This document shows positions 57,401 through 64,000 of a stretch of 64,000 bases of DNA, piece by piece; positions within the stretch are counted from its first letter, which is position 1; the number at the start of each line of letters is the position of its first letter. Position numbers and translations under genes: made by a program. The notes under the pieces are model-generated. The model did not search any database. It was not told the DNA's origin and was given only the letters and a program-made list of their open reading frames with translations. Source of the stretch: an uncultured virus (IMG/VR IMGVR_UViG_3300023109_000008). Taxonomy: Duplodnaviria; Heunggongvirae; Uroviricota; Caudoviricetes. Where the stretch lies: the IMG/VR virus record IMGVR_UViG_3300023109_000008. The stretch is one strand, 5' to 3'.

Positions 57401-58313
57401 CCCACAAGGATTCCAAGGTACTTCTGGATTTATCGGTGGTTCTGGTGTACAGGGTGTGCAGGGTGTTCAAGGCCCACAGGGTGCTGATGGTTCGGATAGT
57501 ACTGCACAAGGTGCACAAGGCCCACAAGGTATGCAAGGCCCGCCAGGCATTGGTGAAGAAGGTCTTCAAGGTAATCAGGGTGTCCAAGGTTTCCGTGGAT
57601 TCCAAGGTGAAGCGATTACTGGTGGAGGCGGTGTCCAAGGCCCTAGAGGTTTCCAAGGCCCACAAGGTGAAGGTGGTGTTCAAGGTGTGCCAGGCTCTGG
57701 TTCAGACGGTCTGCAAGGTTTCAGAGGATTCCAAGGTGAGGCTGGTGAACCAGTTCAAGGCCCTGCAGGTGCAGGGGCGCAAGGTACTCAGGGTGTACAA
57801 GGTGTCCAAGGTGATCCTGGCGTCCAAGGTGGAATTGGGGTTGGTAATGATGGAACACAGGGTGTCCAAGGTATTCAAGGCCCACAAGGTGATCTTGGTA
57901 TACAGGGTGTCCAAGGTGAATTCATGCAGGGTGAACAGGGGATCCAAGGTGAACAAGGTCTCATCGGTCTCCAAGGTTCAGACGGTCTGCAAGGCCCTGC
58001 TGGGCCAGGCAACTCTGCTGCAACTATTGATGTTCAGAACATCTATGGTAGTGGACTGGAAGCGTCTAACATGTTTGTCACGTTTGTGGCGGGTGGTTCT
58101 GGACAGAGAGATCTGTATGGTACACTTGGCCCGAACTCTGGTGGACAACAGAACTTCTTCTATAATACTGATGCCGATCAGATGTATATCGAAAATATCT
58201 CTGCAGATGGTAATGTATATGCAGCGGGTGCACTCATTGGTTCCCATCAGGATCCATCAAACAGAACATTGATTATCAGAAATGCCGCAGGGACTGTTGT
58301 GTGGGGTACTTAA
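54411..58313 (+). CDS. Collagen-like (G-X-Q) fibre protein with interspersed globular domains
   Basis: Several long blocks of QGxQG triplets. Confidence 0.88.
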   Translation: MSTRFRTFTNRGFSIGNGIPQDPAQLDPAAFKGSVIYTITDEIRYSDGTSWIPVSGAQGTTGFQGPDGLQGIQGEYGPGFTIIGSVPDVDSGGDPQATLNAAFGSASVGDGVIDDADEELWIYDGVNWINIGTFRGVQGFQGVQGTQGVQGDLGAKGVQGFRGFRGFQGVQGAQGTQGFQGIQGDRGYQGVQGMQGTQGLQGDQGTQGLQGPQGPQGTQGVQGTQGPQGTQGFQGVQGTDGAFAGQGVQGPQGPQGTQGLQGVQGTQGPQAFQGVQGTQGWQGEAIQGIQGQQGPQGVQGTQGLQGDQGTQGVQGPQGTKGFQGNQGVQGTQGGTGDTGLQGLQGTQGPQGVQGLEGYYGGLTFEWINNSTSGDEFPGVGYFALVSGSTNSSTDVYAVDKIWFDDKPSDSNRRIDDLFNYIDSNPGVPKGQLMIRTPRDTTNNDFEFLLYQIDDWTWYGSGSGAEDNGWFNVTFIEKSLLGSGGANTVSWDDATARYGDTAIISFMPSGPVGPTGIQGVQGDLGFQGTQGFQGIQGIQGAQGIQGFQGFQGIQGEAIQGVQGPQGTLGIQGFQGFQGIQGQEGSRVFEVTNNGNIAYTIDGQDNPTLQLLRGFTYTFDVNASGHPFYLKTSRTLGTGNQYTQGVTNNGAAVGLVTIRVAYNAPDQIFYQCSLHSGMGGTINISDLGPQGVQGPQGVQGDLGIQGDSGSFGGATFDYTFDGAGTTEINTAVGDIRFNSSTFTNVTEIYIDERDDNFVNLDTYYASLDTVTGLVKGSLVVKSKADPTNFFVFDYEDITDGGGYWKFEVNYLTGAGANFADNADIVVTFARAGSTGAGVQGAQGTGGFQGTAGNQGIQGVQGIGNQGTQGIQGIQGDLGTQGSTGTGAQGIQGPQGADGFQGGSGFQGASGAGSQGVQGIQGVQGNQGIAGEGAQGIQGGFGSQGVQGMQGAQGPTAQGSGGLPGPPGAQGFQGIQGTQGFQGGTGFGNVGNQGVQGPQGPQGFQGTSGFIGGSGVQGVQGVQGPQGADGSDSTAQGAQGPQGMQGPPGIGEEGLQGNQGVQGFRGFQGEAITGGGGVQGPRGFQGPQGEGGVQGVPGSGSDGLQGFRGFQGEAGEPVQGPAGAGAQGTQGVQGVQGDPGVQGGIGVGNDGTQGVQGIQGPQGDLGIQGVQGEFMQGEQGIQGEQGLIGLQGSDGLQGPAGPGNSAATIDVQNIYGSGLEASNMFVTFVAGGSGQRDLYGTLGPNSGGQQNFFYNTDADQMYIENISADGNVYAAGALIGSHQDPSNRTLIIRNAAGTVVWGT

Positions 58314-58329
58314 TGTTTTGAGTGCGTTA

Positions 58330-58337
58330 TATAAATA
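58330..58337 (+). promoter_or_regulatory. T4 late promoter box
   Basis: Intergenic TATAAATA. Confidence 0.7.
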
Positions 58338-58357
58338 AAAGAAAAAAGAGAACGTAG

Positions 58358-58693
58358 ATGGCCACTCAAGCAAACATTTATATAGACCAAGGTACAGATT
58401 TTCGTGTCGACTTAAACTTGTTTGACGGCGACGACGATCCGTTAGCGATATCTGTACTCGATTTCTTCGCTGACATTAAAAAAATATACACGACAGGCAG
58501 CCCGCTTACTAGTTTTACTATCGAAAAGGATCTGGCGACAGCAACAATAACGCTCGTCCTTACTGATGTTCAAACGCAATCTTTGAAGCCAGGGAAATAC
58601 CAATATGATGTACTAATGCGAAAACAATCTGGAGAAATGTCGAAGATACTTGAGGGACTTGCCTTTATCGTAGATACAATTACAGAGGTCTAA
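58358..58693 (+). CDS. Small virion protein (BppU-like Ig fold)
   Basis: NIYIDQGTDF, LKPGKYQYDV and KILEG. Confidence 0.65.
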   Translation: MATQANIYIDQGTDFRVDLNLFDGDDDPLAISVLDFFADIKKIYTTGSPLTSFTIEKDLATATITLVLTDVQTQSLKPGKYQYDVLMRKQSGEMSKILEGLAFIVDTITEV

Positions 58694-58694
58694 G

Positions 58695-61600
58695 ATGGCA
58701 ATTAAAGTCGTAGTCGGTTCATCACCACAAAGATCTGTTACGACAGTTCTAGAAGGCGAAAAGAAACCCCTCATAACTCCAGATTCAGTTACGCTCGGTA
58801 TTGATACCGTTGGCGAATACGTTGCCACGCTCGGTATATCAGGAAATGGTCTTATTATTACGCCTGAGGATGCGAATACTCGCAACCTTGAAACTTCTAA
58901 TATCATTCTTGCTCACGCAAACACATCTTCAGAACTTAGTACAAATAACGATATACTAGGGTTCGTTCAGAACGTTGGTATTGATGAGTTTGGTCACGTA
59001 GATCTATTAAGTAGTCTATCATTCGATCCTCAGAACTTTACAAATTCTAATGGAGTAATTACCACCAATCCAATTCAGATTGGTGATCTTATTCTTCAGA
59101 ACAGTGATAACACTGCCGTCCTTAGTGGATTGACAGAGATTGGTGTTGGTGATCTTACGATTGCAAACACAACAATTGCATCCCCATCAAATCTACTTCT
59201 TGATGTTGCATCGAATGGTTTCATTACCTTCGGAGGCAATGAAGTTGTTGATCTTCCAACTCCGACATCTAACTCTGCGCCAACGACAAAAGAATATGTG
59301 GACTTAGAAATCCTTGCATTGGAAACAGGTCTTCTCTTTGTTGGAGATCCAATCGATCCAAATGATGGAGCTAACAAACGGTACGTTGATGCGGTTGCAG
59401 AGATTGTATCTCGTTCGAAGTCTGTCAAGGCTGCAACAACTGCAGATCTTGGTGGGACGTTTGATTCGGGTAACACCACCTATGGTGCGACAATCACACT
59501 GGATCCATCAACACAACTCAATATCGATGATGTTGTAATCTGGTCTAAAGGAGATAGTCTACTTGTAAAAGATCAGACTAATCCATTAGAAAACGGTACA
59601 TATGATATTCTAACAGTTGGTAATCAATTTGTCAACTGGGTAATTCAAAGAAATATTTTTGAAGATGATAGTAATGAGTTGCCAGGCTCGTTTGAATTTG
59701 TTACAGATGGTACAACAAACAGAGATAAAGGTTTCGTTGCAACTGTTGTTGATGCAGAAACTTTTGTTATTGACCAAGACGATGTTGTATATCAACAGTT
59801 CTTTGGTGGCGGTAACCTCTCTGCAGGTAAAGATCTCACACTGATTGATGATAGAGAATTTGCTTTAAATTCAAATGTCACATTAGAGTCTATCACTTCT
59901 TTAGATCTTGAAGATCTTGTCATTACATCTAACACTGTTACGATTGACTCCACTGGTGGATTTGTCATCCCTGCTGGTACAACAGATCAAAGAACCACTC
60001 CACAACAAGGTATGATTCGTTATAATATTACGGACTCAAGATTTGAGGCGTATAATGGTAATGTGTGGACTGGACTTGGTGGAACAGTTGATGCTGATCA
60101 GGATACATTTGTTCGTGCAGAATCTTCTTCTGGTGCAGACAATGATGAACTAGAATTCTTTACTGGTGGTACACTAAGGTTAAACCTCGCCAATACTGGT
60201 AACCTTACCTTTGGTCACGCTCAGAATAAATTTACTGTTGACTATGATAACGGTAACACTATAATTGATGGTTCCTTAACTATCAACACTGATACTATTC
60301 TTGGTGCAGGGGAAGTTTCTTACTTCAATCAACTTGGTGCGATAAAACTACCAAACGGTGCGACTTATCAGAGACCATCTCCACCTGCGCCTGGCATGAT
60401 CAGGTTCAATACAACTGATTCACGTTTCGAAGGTTATGATGGTAGTATCTGGTCAGGACTAGCAGGTTCTGTTATTGACGTTGACCAAGATACAAAGATT
60501 ATTGCGGAATCATCTCCAAACGCAGATAACGATCAGATCCAGTTCTTCACTCAGAATGCGAACAGACTGACTATCGAAGCGAATGGTATGATCACAACGC
60601 CTGGCGCTGATACTGATTTAGAGATAGTACCTAGTGGTAATCTTTTAGTGGGTAACACTATTATATCGCAAGTTGCTGACCCTGTCAACCCCCAAGATGC
60701 AGTTACTTTAAATTATTTGGAGAATGGTGGTTTTGCATCCACACTAACAATCATCGATGGTGCAAACTCATCTAACTTTGCAATCCTTGAAGATCCTCAG
60801 ATTACTCTTGGACAAGGTCTTGAACTTAAAGGCGTTGATGAAAATGCAAATGAGATGGAACTGGCAGTTGCAAACACTGGTGTCCAAGCAGGTATGTACG
60901 GTAACGATGGGTTCTCACCTCGTATTCGTATCACACCAGATGGACGTGTTGACTTTGCGACAGAGATTCCAGTAGAACTTCAAGCGAACGCTATTCCAGA
61001 CTTTACAGAGACCTCTCGTGACATCATCGGTTTGATGTTTACAGATGGTTTCAATGCAGGTCTTCACAACGGTGTTGTAATTACTCACAACGATGGTGAC
61101 GACTTGTTCGAAGTCGATCTTGTTGCGAATACAGTTTCACGTGTAATTGCAGGTAACGATGGTGTCCTTGTTGACAATGGTCAGACAGGTAATAACGCAC
61201 CAACTCCTTTGGCGACTGCAAGAATTTATCACAACGCTACGTCTACTGTTGCGAACACTGCGAACTTTGGTGGCAACTTTATTCAGAACATGTCCTTCGA
61301 TCAATACGGACACGTTGCAGATCTTGCGACTGCGAACACAGATAACCTTTACTATAGGTTAGATGGTGCAGTTGAGGGTACAGGAGTTCTGGTTGCGGCA
61401 TCATTTGCAGACTCTGCGAACACAGATTATTATCTTAACCCATTCGAAACTTCTCGTATCAAAAACCTTATTCTTGGTTATGGTGCACCCAACTCATTCC
61501 TTGAGATGTCAGATGGGCCTCTGGAAACAGATAAGTCTTTCATCTATGCATCTGGTGGTGAAATCGGATTTGTTGACAATTCCTTAAATTACTTTGCGAA

Positions 61601-64000
61601 GGCAAACCGTTCAACTGGTGACTTCACAATCACTGGTGCGTTGATTGCTGGTGGTTTTGCAGATACGCAAGACACATCATTCGTAATCAACCCTGCTGCA
61701 AACTCAAACGTTTACAACTTCTTTGTTGAAAATGCAATGTATCTCAAAGACAATGTCAATGAGATGGTATGGGATAGTACATCAGTTTCTTCAAATAATG
61801 GTATTCTTGAATTTAACGGAACTATTCTACGTAACATTGGTGCGGCAGAACTCGACAACGATGCGGTTACACTTGGTTATCTGAATGCCCAGTTGTTGGG
61901 TGGTGAAGGTATTAGTCTTTCTAATACATTTACTGTTGATGCCAACGTTGACGATAGTACACTTACTATTATTAATGACGTAATCCAAGTCAAAGATCAG
62001 GGTATCACAAACCAACAAATCTTTGAACCATTTATCAAACTGACTGGTGAAACAAATCCAATCATTCCAGAAAGTTTTGTCACTGCAAACTTGACTTTGT
62101 TTGATGGTTCAAACTGGTTGGTGAATGGTTCTCTACGTGATGAAACTTATTCTGCACAATCAGAACCAGAACTAACAATATACATTGGTGACACAGTCAA
62201 CTTCTCTGTTTCTGGTGCAAACACTATTGCGTTATACATCAAAACTTCAGAAACTGCAGGTAGTGGAGATCAGGCATCTGGTGTAACAAACCAAGGTGCG
62301 ACTGGTGGAGAAACACTTACATTCGTTCCAGACACTGTCGGTACATTCTATTACATTGATGGTGCAGACACAAACCGTTCTGGTGTAATTAATGTTCTAC
62401 AACAATACACACCAGACGAAAACGTTTATCTTGGTGAGACAATTAACTTTGTCGCTGGTGAGGGTATTAACACAGTAGTATCCAATAACACCATTACGAT
62501 ATCTGCAGAATTCGCTACAGAATTTGCATCAAATGATAACAGGGGTGTCGCCGCATTTGTCGATACTGACTTCGTTGTTTCGAATGGTGTTGTTGAACTG
62601 GCGAATACTGGTGTGACTGCAGGGACTTATGGTTCTGCCTCTCAAATTCCAGTTCTAGAAATAGATGAACATGGTCTCATTCGTGTTGCAAACACATCTG
62701 CAGTTGCAGGCGTGGACAACATGCAGTGGAATACTGCGAACAACACACTTACCACTGAAACTGGTGACGGTTCATCATTCCACACATTCATTAATACCTT
62801 CGGTGCAAATACATTCTTCTCAGACAATGTTGGGATTACAGGTAGTCTCTTTGTAGGTGGATTGGTCGACGGACGTGACATTGCACTGGATGGTGCAAAA
62901 CTAGATCTTCTTGAAGATGGTCTTGAACTAACACTTGACGGTAAGGTAACAGGAACTGCCACTTCTAACACAGGAGTGATGACACTTACAACTGAACTTG
63001 CCAACACTGGTGTGGTTGCAGACACTTATGGTTCATCTACTGAGATTCCAATTATTACAATTGACGAAGACGGTAGAATTACTCTTGCAAACACTGCTGC
63101 TGTTGCAGGGGTTGACTCGTTCTCATACGAACCTGCAAACAATACAATCACTCTGGTTACTGGTGATGGATCTGAATTCCATCTTCAAACACAGACAACT
63201 GTAACACTTGATGGTGATGTAACTGGTACTGCAACGTCTTCGAATGGTAGTGTAGAAATTACTACAGACATATCGACTACTGGTGTTGTTGCAGGGGTTT
63301 ACGGTACTGCATCTCAGATTCCTGTGGTTACAGTCGCTGCGGATGGTCGTATCACATCTATGTCCAACACTGCAGTGGCGGGTGTTGAAGACTTCTTCTA
63401 TTCATCTGGAAACAATACTCTACACTTGGAGACAGGTGATGGTTCTGAGTTCCTCGCAAGAATTGATCTGTTCGGTGAAACAATCGACGGTGATGTATCA
63501 TTCAATGGTGACATGTCTGTTAATGGCGACATTACTGCTACAGGAAATGTTTCGGTTGGAGAGACACTCACAGTTAATGGAACTGAAGTACTCGTAACAA
63601 ATACAGAAATCCTAGAGGGTATTAAAACAGTTGATGGCGCAGGTTCATCACTTGATGCAGACTTACTTGACGGACTTCATGCATCAGACATCTTGGCACA
63701 GGCTGCAAACACTGCAACTGGAAGTATCGGTAACGGTACAATTGATATTGATACTGGTGATGGTCTGGATGGTAGTGGTACATTTAACCTAAATGATTTT
63801 ACAAATACCTCTATCACATTTACTCACAGTAATACCTCAGATATAGCAAATACTAGTCTTGCAGATGGTAATGTAATTACTGGAATGGACTTTGATCAGT
63901 TTGGTCATGTAATAACAACTTCAAGTACAGATCTTGACGGTAGATATTATACAGAAACTGAACTTGACAATGGTGCACTAGACTCTTTGTACTTCAATGT
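58695..64000 (+). CDS. Long tail fibre-like protein, >1760 aa, runs off the window (absent from the ORF track because it has no stop here)
   Basis: ATG at 58695 with a GAGG SD; manual translation shows ANKRYVD and LLVKDQT..ENG, a duplicated GMIR(Y/F)N..DSRFE..YxG..W.GL.G..DxDQDT unit, and repeated TGVxAGxYG...IP...DxxGRI units. Confidence 0.85.
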   Translation, partial: MAIKVVVGSSPQRSVTTVLEGEKKPLITPDSVTLGIDTVGEYVATLGISGNGLIITPEDANTRNLETSNIILAHANTSSELSTNNDILGFVQNVGIDEFGHVDLLSSLSFDPQNFTNSNGVITTNPIQIGDLILQNSDNTAVLSGLTEIGVGDLTIANTTIASPSNLLLDVASNGFITFGGNEVVDLPTPTSNSAPTTKEYVDLEILALETGLLFVGDPIDPNDGANKRYVDAVAEIVSRSKSVKAATTADLGGTFDSGNTTYGATITLDPSTQLNIDDVVIWSKGDSLLVKDQTNPLENGTYDILTVGNQFVNWVIQRNIFEDDSNELPGSFEFVTDGTTNRDKGFVATVVDAETFVIDQDDVVYQQFFGGGNLSAGKDLTLIDDREFALNSNVTLESITSLDLEDLVITSNTVTIDSTGGFVIPAGTTDQRTTPQQGMIRYNITDSRFEAYNGNVWTGLGGTVDADQDTFVRAESSSGADNDELEFFTGGTLRLNLANTGNLTFGHAQNKFTVDYDNGNTIIDGSLTINTDTILGAGEVSYFNQLGAIKLPNGATYQRPSPPAPGMIRFNTTDSRFEGYDGSIWSGLAGSVIDVDQDTKIIAESSPNADNDQIQFFTQNANRLTIEANGMITTPGADTDLEIVPSGNLLVGNTIISQVADPVNPQDAVTLNYLENGGFASTLTIIDGANSSNFAILEDPQITLGQGLELKGVDENANEMELAVANTGVQAGMYGNDGFSPRIRITPDGRVDFATEIPVELQANAIPDFTETSRDIIGLMFTDGFNAGLHNGVVITHNDGDDLFEVDLVANTVSRVIAGNDGVLVDNGQTGNNAPTPLATARIYHNATSTVANTANFGGNFIQNMSFDQYGHVADLATANTDNLYYRLDGAVEGTGVLVAASFADSANTDYYLNPFETSRIKNLILGYGAPNSFLEMSDGPLETDKSFIYASGGEIGFVDNSLNYFAKANRSTGDFTITGALIAGGFADTQDTSFVINPAANSNVYNFFVENAMYLKDNVNEMVWDSTSVSSNNGILEFNGTILRNIGAAELDNDAVTLGYLNAQLLGGEGISLSNTFTVDANVDDSTLTIINDVIQVKDQGITNQQIFEPFIKLTGETNPIIPESFVTANLTLFDGSNWLVNGSLRDETYSAQSEPELTIYIGDTVNFSVSGANTIALYIKTSETAGSGDQASGVTNQGATGGETLTFVPDTVGTFYYIDGADTNRSGVINVLQQYTPDENVYLGETINFVAGEGINTVVSNNTITISAEFATEFASNDNRGVAAFVDTDFVVSNGVVELANTGVTAGTYGSASQIPVLEIDEHGLIRVANTSAVAGVDNMQWNTANNTLTTETGDGSSFHTFINTFGANTFFSDNVGITGSLFVGGLVDGRDIALDGAKLDLLEDGLELTLDGKVTGTATSNTGVMTLTTELANTGVVADTYGSSTEIPIITIDEDGRITLANTAAVAGVDSFSYEPANNTITLVTGDGSEFHLQTQTTVTLDGDVTGTATSSNGSVEITTDISTTGVVAGVYGTASQIPVVTVAADGRITSMSNTAVAGVEDFFYSSGNNTLHLETGDGSEFLARIDLFGETIDGDVSFNGDMSVNGDITATGNVSVGETLTVNGTEVLVTNTEILEGIKTVDGAGSSLDADLLDGLHASDILAQAANTATGSIGNGTIDIDTGDGLDGSGTFNLNDFTNTSITFTHSNTSDIANTSLADGNVITGMDFDQFGHVITTSSTDLDGRYYTETELDNGALDSLYFN

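Noticed and set aside
54800..58000. Regular short DNA repeats resembling an array or CRISPR
   Set aside because: 9-nt periodicity is fully explained by G-X-Q coding; no constant repeat with unique spacers
54768..58272. Long alternative-frame and antisense ORFs over the collagen gene (e.g. 57088-58272, 54802-55497)
   Set aside because: By-products of the stop-poor CAAGGN repeat; low-complexity translations
1..64000. tRNA/rRNA genes, integrase/transposase, reverse transcriptase or DGR template repeats
   Set aside because: None recognised; intergenic gaps are short and no matching motifs were seen in manual reading

Overview
This window is a segment of a large T4-like (myovirus) phage genome, probably marine. 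A DUF1127 gene and a ROSE-type hsp20 leader hint at an alphaproteobacterial host. 1-14.4 kb (+) holds replication genes (3' part of gp43, gp45, gp44, gp62, regA) mixed with accessory genes: a SinI-like restriction endonuclease, MazG-like pyrophosphatases, a DUF4338/DruA-like protein, a DUF262-HNH nuclease, sugar/sulfate-modifying enzymes, Hsp20 and DUF1127. 14.4-19.6 kb (-) holds a tape-measure/hub-like gene, gp51, gp26, gp54-like, gp2 and gp4. 19.6-64 kb (+) is the baseplate/tail module: gp48, split gp53, hub, gp5, M15 peptidase, gp25, gp6, gp7, S8 protease, gp8, DUF4815, a 3763-aa repeat protein, a collagen-like fibre and a truncated long fibre. Most notable: (1) an orphan SinI-like nuclease inserted behind gp43 between 21-bp direct repeats that give it the polymerase's clamp-binding tail, in a window that appears to avoid the SinI site GGWCC; (2) 11 phycobiliprotein-like C-x-R-D helical repeats in the giant virion protein; (3) a ROSE-like RNA thermometer on hsp20; (4) a candidate -1 frameshift joining gp26 and gp51; (5) cupredoxin-like domains on tail proteins. 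All family calls come from manual motif recognition, not database searches.
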